A stretch of 32,000 nt of DNA from Candidatus Saccharimonadota bacterium (GTDB taxonomy: Bacteria; Patescibacteriota; Saccharimonadia; Saccharimonadales; UBA4665): the NCBI GenBank assembly GCA_016699955.1, contig CP064993.1, positions 300,001 through 332,000 on the forward strand, read 5' to 3'. Shown here piece by piece: positions 22,311 through 30,387 of the stretch. Within the stretch, counting starts at the first letter, position 1; each line of letters begins with the position of its first letter. The notes beneath the pieces were generated by a model that was given only the letters and a program-made list of their open reading frames with translations, was not told the origin of the DNA and searched no databases. Position numbers and translations under genes: made by a program.

Positions 22311-23231
22311 TTAATGCTGGCTAAAGAGGTGGTCAAGCAGCGCCATGCGCACATACACGCCGTTGTGAGACTGCCGGAAATAAACAGCGCGCGGGTCGTT
22401 ATCTACTTCAACCGTTATCTCCGCCACCCGCGGCAGTGGATGCATAATAATCGACTTCTCTTTCATACCAGCCAACACACTTTCATCTATCACGAAATTG
22501 TCTTCCACGCTCTGGTCTTTCAGCCGCTCTTTCTGAAGCCGCGTCCAGTACACAACGTCTGCTGCCCGTACCGCAGCTTTCACATCATCTGTCTCCGTAA
22601 ACGACATACCACGGTTTTTGAGCAGTGCTTTAATGTCGTCACCCATTTGCAGCTGTGGGACTGACACAAAGGTAAAACTTGTGCCCTTGTAGTTACTCAT
22701 GACTTGCGCGAGCGAGCGAACAGTACGGCCGTGCGCGAGGTCGCCACCCATTACGACGTTGAGGCCTTCGAGTGTGCCCATTTCGCGCCAAATAGTGTAG
22801 ACATCCAGCAAAGCTTGTGTTGGGTGCTCGCCAGTGCCGTCGCCGGCATTGATAATCGGAACTGGACTGGCCGCAGCTGCTTTATCGACAATACCCGTTT
22901 CTTTGTGACGAATCACGATGGCATCGGCGTAGCCACCCACCACCCGTACGGTGTCTTCTATGGTTTCGCCTTTTATGGCAGATGAGAACTCTAGCGCATT
23001 TTCGGTACTGACGATGCCCGCTCCCAACCGCTGTGCGGCAGATTCATGGCTCAGACGTGTGCGCGTAGATGGTTCGTAGAACAGAGTTGCAACAATCTTA
23101 TCCGGATAAAGTTCACGGAGCTGCTTTCTTCCATCTGAGGTTTCTAGCAGTGTACGATATTCCTCGGCTTTTTGCATAAGCCCGCTCAAAACCTCTGGCG
23201 TGAGCTGATTCGCCGCCACTAAATGCTGCAT
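22311..23231 (-). CDS. pyrB: Aspartate carbamoyltransferase catalytic subunit
   Basis: The motifs FYEPSTRTRLSHE (STRTR), HPTQ and HPLPR are present. The SD AGGAGG lies upstream of the ATG, and a TACAAT box sits at 23255-23260. Confidence 0.9.
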   Translation of the reverse strand: MQHLVAANQLTPEVLSGLMQKAEEYRTLLETSDGRKQLRELYPDKIVATLFYEPSTRTRLSHESAAQRLGAGIVSTENALEFSSAIKGETIEDTVRVVGGYADAIVIRHKETGIVDKAAAASPVPIINAGDGTGEHPTQALLDVYTIWREMGTLEGLNVVMGGDLAHGRTVRSLAQVMSNYKGTSFTFVSVPQLQMGDDIKALLKNRGMSFTETDDVKAAVRAADVVYWTRLQKERLKDQSVEDNFVIDESVLAGMKEKSIIMHPLPRVAEITVEVDNDPRAVYFRQSHNGVYVRMALLDHLFSQH

Positions 23232-23293
23232 AAACCCTCCTAATTATCCTAGATATTGTACTACGATTTTTATTAGGCGGCGTGTAGTATTTC

Positions 23294-23809
23294 TTAAGCC
23301 GGCACCCTTCCCTGTGTATATACAGCGCAAGCGCGACCTGGTCTATCCAGCCCTGGATACGTTGCGACCGCTAGTTCGTATCCGCAATCTAGGAACCTAC
23401 GTAGGCTAGATCCAGTCCGGCATAAGGCATAAGGAACCCAATCTTCTGCGGTTCTCGCACATGTAAGACGCTTTATAACATGTTTACCAAGTTCTTTCCC
23501 TCTAAAATCATTCGGTACCCACAAAGAACCTATCTGCCTAAATTTACCACCAAGTATTGTCGTATCACCTGATGTTGTTTGACTTATGACAGGAGTAGCC
23601 TGTTCATCTGGACGCTTGTAGCGACCATACGCCGCCGGTACTCCACGAATGGACAACACAAGGCTGAGCGGACTAAGCCAAAGTGTTTCTGGCGTCACAG
23701 GCACCATGGTTTCTGTCTCCTTATTAATTCCCGCGGCAACCAGCTCCAACACGTTATCTGGTGGCTGCTTACCGGGTGTAAAAAACTCGAATTTTATTAC
23801 TTCTGTCAT
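23294..23809 (-). CDS. GNAT-family N-acetyltransferase (putative)
   Basis: VPNDFRGKELGKHVIKRL resembles the GNAT acetyl-CoA motif A. I chose ATG 23809 because the longer ORF would run through the aspS terminator hairpin. Confidence 0.55.
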   Translation of the reverse strand: MTEVIKFEFFTPGKQPPDNVLELVAAGINKETETMVPVTPETLWLSPLSLVLSIRGVPAAYGRYKRPDEQATPVISQTTSGDTTILGGKFRQIGSLWVPNDFRGKELGKHVIKRLTCARTAEDWVPYALCRTGSSLRRFLDCGYELAVATYPGLDRPGRACAVYTQGRVPA

Positions 23810-23828
23810 GTGTTTTAACTTCCATATT

Positions 23829-23858
23829 AAAAGCCCCCGTTTATTTATAAAACGAGGG
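23829..23858 (-). terminator. Intrinsic terminator after aspS
   Basis: On the minus strand, CCCUCGUUU/AAACGGGGG form a 9-bp stem with a 7-nt loop, followed by CUUUUAAUAU. A second GGGCATG/CATGCCC hairpin lies just upstream at about 23855-23890. Confidence 0.65.
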
Positions 23859-23968
23859 CATGTACGCAAATATTATAAATGCATGCCCCTACGGGCGCGG
23901 ACGGAGACAAAAACCGCAAACATGCAAAACCATAAAAAGATTGTACCTAGCAAGCTAGTAAAACACAA

Positions 23969-25729
23969 CTATTCTTCAGCTATGCGTACTGAGAGTTCTT
24001 TCAACTGTTGGTCGTCGACGTGGCTCGGTGAGTTCATCATAACATCAAGGCCGCTGCCGTTTTTGGGGAATGCCACGATTTCTCGGATGTTTTCTTCGCC
24101 CATGAGCACCATAAACAGGCGATCTAGGCCAAAGGCGCAACCGGCATGAGGTGGCGCGCCGTACTTAAACGCGTTTAACATAGCGCCAAATTTTTCTTCC
24201 ACATAAACTTCGTCAAATCCAAGCAGCCCAAATACTTTGTAAAGCACTTCGGGGTTATGATTACGCACACCACCACTACATATTTCGTAACCGTTTGCGA
24301 CCATGTCATATTGATCCGCCAAGATTTCCAGCTTGTTTTCGGTATGCTCCAGGGCTTGCGCACCGCCCTTTGGCATACTGAACGGGTTATGGCCAAAGTC
24401 CATTTTGCCCGATTTTTCATCGAGCTCATAGAAAGGAAAATCTATAATCCAGCACAATGCGACAACATTCGAATCCTTCAGGTTGAAATGGGCAGCAAAT
24501 TCATTTCTCAGCCGTCCAAGCACCTTGTTAGCGACATGCCTCGTGTCGGCTCCAAAGAACACTGCATCGCCGTCTTCAGCCTGGGATCGGTTTTTTACTT
24601 CGGTGAGTTCAACTTCATTCATAAATTTAGCAATCGGTGATTGCACTTCGCCATCTTTGTACGTGAGGTAGGCCAACCCGCCAGCACCCTCGCTTTTGGC
24701 AATTTCTGTAAAACTGTCTATTTGCGAGCGCGAAAGCGAAGCGCCACCTTTGACGCAAATGGCTTTGACTGCTCCGCCGTTTGCAACGGCATTTTTGAAT
24801 ACGCCAAATTCGGATTTCTCAAATACGTCAGATAACTCGATCAGCTCCATTCCGAAACGCAGGTCCGGCTTATCACTGCCATATTTTTCTATCGCCTCAG
24901 TGAAAGGGATACGCGGGACGTCGGTTGTCAGCAACGTTTTACCGGCAAATTCTGTGACAAGTTTTGTTATAAGCGGATCAAATGTAGTGCGCACTTCTTC
25001 GCCGTCCTCTACAAAACTCATTTCGGCATCGAGATGGTAAAACTCGCCGTAGAGCCGATCTGCCCGTGGGTCTTCGTCTCGGAAGCATGCCGCCAGTTGG
25101 TAATAGCGCGGCACGCCGCCTACCATAAGGAGCTGCTTAAATTGCTGCGGCGCCTGGGGAAGGGCATAGAATTTGCCGGGATGTATACGCGAAGGGATGA
25201 GGAAATCACGTGCGCCCTCGGGGCTACTATTGGCCAGAATTGGTGTAGCAACTTCGGTAAAACCTTGCGATTCTACATAATCTCGCATAAATTTATAGTA
25301 GGCTGCTCGTTTCTTGAGCATGTGCTGCATCTTGGGACGACGTAAGTCTAGGTATCGGTAGCGCAGACGAAGTTCTTCGTTTGCTTGCGCTTCGGCAAAT
25401 GGCTGTATGGGTAATGTATCAGCGCGGTTTAAGATACGTATTTCAGCGACTTTCACTTCGACACCACCAGTTTCCAGGTGTGGATTACGCAAATTTTCAC
25501 TCCGTTCTACCACCATTCCTTCTGCGGCAATGACGTATTCGTCGCGCAACTCCTCGGCTGTCTTGAACGCCTTTGCTGTCTCTGGGTTTATGACGAGCTG
25601 GAGTAGCCCGCTGTGATCACGTAGATCGATAAATATCAGGCCACCATGATCGCGGCGCGACTGCACCCAGCCCATCACGGTAATCCCCTGACCGACTTTT
25701 GATATTGATTCAGTAGCAAGTGTACGCAT
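23969..25729 (-). CDS. aspS: Aspartate--tRNA ligase (bacterial type)
   Basis: The 586-aa protein has an N-terminal OB-fold region (GWVQSRRDHGGLIFIDLRD), class II motifs (FRDEDPRADR and GGVRNH), and motif 3 (GCAFGLDRLFMVL). The SD GAGGA lies upstream of the ATG. Confidence 0.95.
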   Translation of the reverse strand: MRTLATESISKVGQGITVMGWVQSRRDHGGLIFIDLRDHSGLLQLVINPETAKAFKTAEELRDEYVIAAEGMVVERSENLRNPHLETGGVEVKVAEIRILNRADTLPIQPFAEAQANEELRLRYRYLDLRRPKMQHMLKKRAAYYKFMRDYVESQGFTEVATPILANSSPEGARDFLIPSRIHPGKFYALPQAPQQFKQLLMVGGVPRYYQLAACFRDEDPRADRLYGEFYHLDAEMSFVEDGEEVRTTFDPLITKLVTEFAGKTLLTTDVPRIPFTEAIEKYGSDKPDLRFGMELIELSDVFEKSEFGVFKNAVANGGAVKAICVKGGASLSRSQIDSFTEIAKSEGAGGLAYLTYKDGEVQSPIAKFMNEVELTEVKNRSQAEDGDAVFFGADTRHVANKVLGRLRNEFAAHFNLKDSNVVALCWIIDFPFYELDEKSGKMDFGHNPFSMPKGGAQALEHTENKLEILADQYDMVANGYEICSGGVRNHNPEVLYKVFGLLGFDEVYVEEKFGAMLNAFKYGAPPHAGCAFGLDRLFMVLMGEENIREIVAFPKNGSGLDVMMNSPSHVDDQQLKELSVRIAEE

Positions 25730-25889
25730 AAATAGTTATCCTCATAAGTTGATAGCGGCGCTTTTCTCTAGGATCGATCACACAAGCAGCCCGGCCAGAC
25801 TACCTGCCGACCCGTAAATTACTATCTGTAAAAAACCGCTGTCTCATCTGCCCCCATTCTACCACCCTCCCCCATAATTCTCTCTCTTT

Positions 25890-25927
25890 CATAACAAATC
25901 TGTCGCGCTCGCGACAGATTTGTTATG
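25890..25927. promoter_or_regulatory. Perfect 18-bp inverted repeat (putative operator) containing divergent extended -10 boxes
   Basis: CATAACAAATCTGTCGCG, a 2-nt spacer (ct), then CGCGACAGATTTGTTATG. The right arm runs into TGTTATGAT (25921-25929), 6 nt before ATG 25936. The mirror-image left arm gives TGTTATGAA reading toward aspS. Confidence 0.6.
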
Positions 25928-25935
25928 ATTAAAAT

Positions 25936-26451
25936 ATGAGGATAAAACCGATTGACTATCGAACGAATTATAGAAGCAAGAAACATCCGGCGTTAATTTT
26001 CGTATTACGTGGCCTGATGCCCTATACGCAAGAGAACGTGCTACTAAGTTTTAAGCCTGGGTTGTTTTTTGCAGAACTTGAAAAAGTGTCTGGTTACAAG
26101 CAGGCGACCCTTAAGACCACCTACTACCGCGCCCGGCAAAATGGTCTAATTGCACAAGATATTGTCCCGATACTAACCGAGAAAGGTATGCACAAAGTTC
26201 GTCCGTATATTGCTCGCAAACTCAGTAATGATGCACGACTAATTGTCCTCTTTGACATTCCTCAGCAGAGAGCACACATTCGGGAGACCCTGCGGCGGCT
26301 CCTGAAAAATCTTGGGTTTGAAATGGTACAACGTAGTGTATGGGTAACAGACATGGATTATCGAGATGTGCTGCTTGAAGCAATAGAGTCTTTGGAATTG
26401 AAAGACTGCGTAGAAGTACACGAGAGTCTCCGCTTATATCCCAAAAAATAG
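25936..26451 (+). CDS. PaaX-like transcriptional regulator (winged-helix N-terminus plus Cas2-like ferredoxin-fold C-terminal domain)
   Basis: The C-terminal LIVLFDIPQQRAHIRETLRRLLKNLGFEMVQRSVWVTD matches the PaaX_C/Cas2-like pattern (hhh.DIp...r..hr..L...GF...q.SVWh). The N-terminal half looks like a wHTH. The assignment is by eye. Confidence 0.55.
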   Translation: MRIKPIDYRTNYRSKKHPALIFVLRGLMPYTQENVLLSFKPGLFFAELEKVSGYKQATLKTTYYRARQNGLIAQDIVPILTEKGMHKVRPYIARKLSNDARLIVLFDIPQQRAHIRETLRRLLKNLGFEMVQRSVWVTDMDYRDVLLEAIESLELKDCVEVHESLRLYPKK

Positions 26452-26453
26452 TA

Positions 26454-26487
26454 GCATTTTTGTCGCGGTTGCAATGTTTTTGTTATG
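26454..26487. repeat. Degenerate second copy of the 25890-25927 palindrome motif
   Basis: GCATTTTTGTCGCGGTTGCAATGTTTTTGTTATG aligns with ACAAATCTGTCGCGCTCGCGACAGATTTGTTATG. The TGTCGCG core and the TTTGTTATG end are conserved, with roughly two thirds identity overall. Confidence 0.5.
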
Positions 26488-26516
26488 GGGGTGAGGTTAT
26501 TGGTGGGGGTGAATAA

Positions 26517-27599
26517 TCAGTTGGTTGTTTCTGGGGCGTGAGACGACTTGGTGGAAGTGTGGTCTTTATGTGCAGCGGCGGCGGCCACGGCGCGAAGATC
26601 GTCATACTTGTCGAATTCATCGACGATGAGCTTGCCGATCACACGCTCCAGTACGTCTTCGATGGTAATAATGCCGACATACTCCTCGAAGCTATTGACC
26701 ACTATAAACAGATGCTGCTTAGTTTTTATAAAAGCCTGTAGCGTCTGGTAGAGCGTAAAATCTTCATGCACATAAGTTACCTTGCGGCGCATAATATTTC
26801 GCACTACACCTGAGCGCTTTGTCGAAACTAGATCATGCAAATACAACACGCCAACAATGTTGTCCTTCTTTACTTCGTACACCGGAAAACGACTATGCCC
26901 ACTGGCATGTAGCTCACCCATAAGCACCGGTCCGACGGCTTCATCGGCTGAAACCGACTTGGTAACGCGCTTCGGCACGAGCGCATCAGATACATGCTTA
27001 TCGCCAAAGGTCAGCGCATGTGCCAGTAAATCAATTTCACCGTGGGCAATTCGATTATCCGGTTGGTTTTTTTGCTTTTGGAGCAGTTCGGCGAAATCTT
27101 CTTTCTCGTACATACCGCTGTGCACATGCAGGGGGAAGACTTTGCGAACAAACCGGCTCAACATTTGCAAAGGCGGATGGAGCCTTTCAAGCAACCACGC
27201 CAGAGGTGGCGAAGCTTTTGAAGCAAGCCAAAGGGCAGATTTGCTCGCTCCACCATTTGCTTGAACAACCCGAGCGCCAACCCCGCCAACTACCAAAAGC
27301 ACCGGCACCGCCAGCCACATGCCAAGCGCTCGTTCTAAAAAGACAATACTGCCGTAGGCTAACACCAGTGTAAGAACTCCCAGTACCAGCCGTGCGCTAA
27401 CGCCGTACGAAACAGAGCGGTAAAGTAGACTGGCTATTTCATCACCCCCTCGCGCCCGCCTTTTGAGTTCCTTGGCGGGAACATGGCCGAAAGCATGATA
27501 CAGCACAGCAAACATGATAGCGAGAATTGCACTGATGAGACCGACTAGAAACTGTGTCATTAGTAATAGTATAGCAACATCCGACAGCAGCTGTAGCAT
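26517..27599 (-). CDS. CNNM/CorC-type DUF21-CBS membrane protein (putative Mg2+/Co2+ efflux)
   Basis: It has an N-terminal DUF21-like domain of about four TM helices, then a CBS pair (NIVGVLYLHDLV... and YVGIITIEDVLERVIG). No CorC_HlyC C-terminal domain is evident. Confidence 0.8.
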   Translation of the reverse strand: MLQLLSDVAILLLMTQFLVGLISAILAIMFAVLYHAFGHVPAKELKRRARGGDEIASLLYRSVSYGVSARLVLGVLTLVLAYGSIVFLERALGMWLAVPVLLVVGGVGARVVQANGGASKSALWLASKASPPLAWLLERLHPPLQMLSRFVRKVFPLHVHSGMYEKEDFAELLQKQKNQPDNRIAHGEIDLLAHALTFGDKHVSDALVPKRVTKSVSADEAVGPVLMGELHASGHSRFPVYEVKKDNIVGVLYLHDLVSTKRSGVVRNIMRRKVTYVHEDFTLYQTLQAFIKTKQHLFIVVNSFEEYVGIITIEDVLERVIGKLIVDEFDKYDDLRAVAAAAAHKDHTSTKSSHAPETTN

Positions 27600-27646
27600 G
27601 CACCGAAATGTGATACCATAGCAAGACTAGTTATCAGGAGGAATAC

Positions 27647-28336
27647 ATGGATAAACGATTTTTAGCAATCATTGGGATTATAATTGTTGCCTTTGTAGGC
27701 GTCATACTACTTAACAACAAGACCGACACCACTTCTGGTGACAAAAAGAACAGCGCCACCCAAGCAACGAGTCACTTCGCTGGAAAACTAGATAGTAAAA
27801 TTACCTTTACGGAATACGGTGACTACCAATGCGCAGCGTGCAAAAGCTTCTACCCAATAGCGAAGGAAATTAAAGAGAAATACGGGGACAGAGTACGCTT
27901 TCAATTCCGTAATCTTCCGCTCACTTCTATACACCCGAATGCATTTGCTGGCGCTCGCGCTGCCGAAGCAGCCGATCTTCAGGGCAAGTTCTGGGAGATG
28001 CACGACTTACTCTATGAAAATCAGGACCCTTACGGTACATCTGGGTGGGTCGCAAGCAAAGACCCCCTTTCTCAGTATTTTGTAAAATACGCTGAGCAGG
28101 TTGGACTAGACACGGCTAAATTTCGAACCGACTTTGCCAGCGCCGTGGTAAACACCCGCATAAACGCTGACCTAGATGTCTACAAAGCAACCAAAGAGGA
28201 GCTCTCGACGCCAACCTACTTTATAAATGGAAAGAAGATTGTCAATAGCCGCCTGCTTGATAATCAAAACCCCCCGCAGCCTAGTGTTGAGGCGTTTAGT
28301 AGGGTTCTTGATGAAGCACTCGCTGCAAAGAAATAG
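27647..28336 (+). CDS. DsbA/BdbD-like thiol:disulfide oxidoreductase, membrane-anchored
   Basis: The SD AGGAGG lies upstream of the ATG. The protein has an N-terminal TM helix, the CxxC active site YGDYQCAACKSFYP and a thioredoxin-fold length. Confidence 0.85.
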   Translation: MDKRFLAIIGIIIVAFVGVILLNNKTDTTSGDKKNSATQATSHFAGKLDSKITFTEYGDYQCAACKSFYPIAKEIKEKYGDRVRFQFRNLPLTSIHPNAFAGARAAEAADLQGKFWEMHDLLYENQDPYGTSGWVASKDPLSQYFVKYAEQVGLDTAKFRTDFASAVVNTRINADLDVYKATKEELSTPTYFINGKKIVNSRLLDNQNPPQPSVEAFSRVLDEALAAKK

Positions 28337-28607
28337 CTACTGCTAGTAGTGGATGTACTGCTGCCAGCCCGGTCGTTTAACGCGAATGCGCACGGCAATC
28401 GTTTCGTGTGTCAGTTTAATTGGTATAGACATACTATCTCCCTTGTGACACTCAAAAGACCTCGCCCTTGAAGGTATCACTTTTTTTATGTAAATGTTTT
28501 TGTCTCTATGCACCTCGCCGTGCAACAGAAGATAATATAACTATAGCAATACGCTTATGCTGAAGTCAATGCATACGCGTGGTAGTTTTTGCAGCAGTGT
28601 AAGCCTG

Positions 28608-29228
28608 TTAAAGATAAAGCCATTCCTGATTTGCATATACTTTTACACTTGCAAGTAGCCCCTTTGCGCCACGTTTTTCGCGCAAGGCAGCGCGAATATG
28701 GCTTGAGCTGACAGCCGGCGCGTGGCTCTCGAAGACAATAACTTCGGCGTGGGATGATGGTATTTTGCTAAGAATCTTTTTGATACTGTCGGCAGACTCA
28801 TTTTCACGCCGACCAACGCACAGCTCAACCGATCGCAGGAATTGTTTGACGTATGCCCACTTCGCCATGTGCTGCAAAACATCTGAGCCACACAAAAAAA
28901 CAAGCTCTGCTCCTGGAAATTCATGCTGCAACCGTGGTAAGGTATGCGCCACCGAGAATGTCTTATCCGCAAGCTCTAGCACTTTTAGGTGAGGGTAAGG
29001 CCGGACTGCTCGACGAACCATAGCAACGCGATGCGCAAAATGAGTTGCCTGGCGTTTGGCACGAGGAACCCGTTCTGGGACAAAGTAGACCGCTTCGAGT
29101 TGCGCTACTTCGGCAGCCTGCAGGGCAAATGCCACATGCCCGGCGTGTACCGGATCAAACGTACCACTGTATATACCGATTCTGGATCGTTTTGTCCGAG
29201 ATACACTTTTTGCCTCTGTTGATTTCAT
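28608..29228 (-). CDS. nadD: Nicotinate-nucleotide adenylyltransferase
   Basis: GIYSGTFDPVHAGHV carries the (T/H)xGH motif, and VSSSHIR is the ISSTxIR-like motif. The gene starts 9 nt downstream of the preceding membrane-protein gene. Confidence 0.85.
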   Translation of the reverse strand: MKSTEAKSVSRTKRSRIGIYSGTFDPVHAGHVAFALQAAEVAQLEAVYFVPERVPRAKRQATHFAHRVAMVRRAVRPYPHLKVLELADKTFSVAHTLPRLQHEFPGAELVFLCGSDVLQHMAKWAYVKQFLRSVELCVGRRENESADSIKKILSKIPSSHAEVIVFESHAPAVSSSHIRAALREKRGAKGLLASVKVYANQEWLYL

Positions 29229-29237
29229 TGTATTTGA

Positions 29238-29789
29238 CTATTTGATTGCCTGAAGTGGAGCTTTTGCCTGGCTCGAAGCAACAAAAAATGCGTAAAGACC
29301 AAAGAGCATAGCACTATAGAAAAGATCGCCCAGCAATGTACCGCGGAAGAATGGGATAGCGTTAATGTAGCATTGTATGAGACCGGCGCCCGTCTTGGGG
29401 TACATGAGACCCTGCATCCACACGCCGAAGTTAGTAACTAGAAAAAACAAAACTGAAGCTCCGACGCTGCTCGCAACGACACGGCTAAACCGTAAAGCCG
29501 TCAAATACTTGCCGGCAATGAGAGCAATGAGCGCAAAACTTCCCCAAGTGTAAAGCACAAGCGGATGCAGCCCAATGATGATATCGCTTGTCACCATCGC
29601 GATAACTGGCACAACAAGCGCCCAGCGTCGCGGTAAGATGGCCCCACTAAACAGCGCCACGGCGGCAAGTGGTGCAAAGTTTGCCGGATGCGGTACAAGT
29701 CGTGCAAAGACCGCAAATGCCACAAGCATTAATGCAAGGCTCAGTTTTAGCCAAAGACTGCTGTTGTCAGCTATGCGAAAGCTGCTCAT
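29238..29789 (-). CDS. Small polytopic membrane protein (183 aa); from memory it resembles the DUF6580 putative-transporter family
   Basis: It has about 6 hydrophobic helices, and RLVPHPANFAPLAAVALFSGAIL resembles the N-terminal pattern of that family as I recall it. It overlaps the upstream DUF4430 gene by 4 nt. Confidence 0.6.
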   Translation of the reverse strand: MSSFRIADNSSLWLKLSLALMLVAFAVFARLVPHPANFAPLAAVALFSGAILPRRWALVVPVIAMVTSDIIIGLHPLVLYTWGSFALIALIAGKYLTALRFSRVVASSVGASVLFFLVTNFGVWMQGLMYPKTGAGLIQCYINAIPFFRGTLLGDLFYSAMLFGLYAFFVASSQAKAPLQAIK

Positions 29790-30181
29790 AGTTTGATGTC
29801 CTCAAGCTTCCAGGCGATTTTGTCGCCAGACTTGTTCTGGTAAGTTCCCGCGCCTTCATTTGCATAAACCTCATCGACATAGAATGCCCAGTAATTTTTG
29901 CCCTCTTCGGCCATTACCCCATTAATGCCAACTACCATGGTCCCGAAGCTACTTTCCTTGGTATCGACCTTGGCAAGTGACTGCAAAGTCTGAAGGGCGG
30001 TTTGCCCAACAGCTCCGTTGTAGCGTACAATTTTTTTATCAGCTGTAGATGTAATTTGTTTTGCAACCGCTTGGCTTCGCTGCACTGTTTTGGTTGGCTG
30101 AGTGTCTCGATTTACTGTGTACGCCCCGACACCCCCTGCTAAAATTAGCACCACGGCGGCAATTGCTAGTTTATTTTTCAT
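29786..30181 (-). CDS. DUF4430 (transcobalamin-like C-terminal domain) protein, N-terminally anchored or secreted
   Basis: I take ATG 30181 (MKNKLAIAAVVLILAGG...), which has the SD AAGGAAG. The longer ORF-track start would read through the riboswitch terminator. The C-terminal FGTMVVGINGVMAEEGKNYWAFYVDEVYANEGAGTYQNKSGDKIAWKL fits the DUF4430 pattern (fG.fv..I.G....g..yW.y.vng..a..ga..y.l..gD.i.w). Confidence 0.7.
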   Translation of the reverse strand: MKNKLAIAAVVLILAGGVGAYTVNRDTQPTKTVQRSQAVAKQITSTADKKIVRYNGAVGQTALQTLQSLAKVDTKESSFGTMVVGINGVMAEEGKNYWAFYVDEVYANEGAGTYQNKSGDKIAWKLEDIKL

Positions 30182-30212
30182 CTTTCTTCCTTTTCTCGAG
30201 CCATTGTAATAC

Positions 30213-30238
30213 AAAAAAATCGCCACACGCGGTGACGA
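30213..30238 (-). terminator. Intrinsic terminator forming the expression platform of the cobalamin riboswitch
   Basis: On the minus strand, UCGUCAC/GUGGCGA form a 7-bp stem (one G-U pair) around the loop CGCGU, followed by UUUUUUU. It lies about 30 nt upstream of ATG 30181. An upstream GUGACA segment could form a competing helix. Confidence 0.7.
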
Positions 30239-30381
30239 CAATATATTTTGTCACGACCTGCTCGGGTTACACTACCGCGAACGAAGATCTGACTTACCTT
30301 CTCGAATGGGAGGATTACAGTTGCGGCACAGTGTTGGAATCTCACCAACTTCCACGTTTCACGACGTTCAAATTGTTAAGT
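30239..30381 (-). promoter_or_regulatory. Cobalamin (B12) riboswitch aptamer
   Basis: The minus strand reads GGAAGUUGGUGAGAUUCCAACACUGUGCCGCAACUGUAA (30315-30353), matching the conserved core GGGAAnnnGGUGnnAAUCCnnnnCnGnnCCCGCnACUGUAA. The B12-box-like AAGUCAGAU lies at 30287-30295. A P1 helix candidate is GAACG (30365-30369) pairing with CGUUC (30279-30283). Confidence 0.8.
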
Positions 30382-30387
30382 GACTAG

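Noticed and set aside
22275-22664. 129-aa plus-strand ORF
   Set aside because: It is antisense to the strongly supported pyrB gene.
25840-25880. T-box element (minus-strand AGGGUGGUA) or a G-quadruplex in the aspS leader
   Set aside because: The GGGUGGUA is followed by GAAU, not by the conserved CCGCG. It also sits at the extreme 5' end of the putative leader rather than in an antiterminator next to a terminator, and I could not find a stem I or specifier loop. Only three G-tracts of at least 3 nt are present, so a canonical G4 is not supported.
25936-26451. Cas2 gene or a CRISPR-Cas locus
   Set aside because: The Cas2-like fold segment is fused to a wHTH in the PaaX-like arrangement. No cas1, other cas genes or repeat-spacer array occur anywhere in the window.
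28343-28525. 60-aa ORF as given in the track
   Set aside because: It has a TTG start without an SD, only a few nt from the predicted transcription start. The internal ATG at 28432 with AAGGGAG is the only plausible translation start, if the locus is coding at all.
29786-30241. Long (151-aa) version of the DUF4430 ORF
   Set aside because: The first 20 codons overlap the riboswitch terminator hairpin and U-tract. ATG 30181 has a proper SD and begins a normal signal or anchor sequence.
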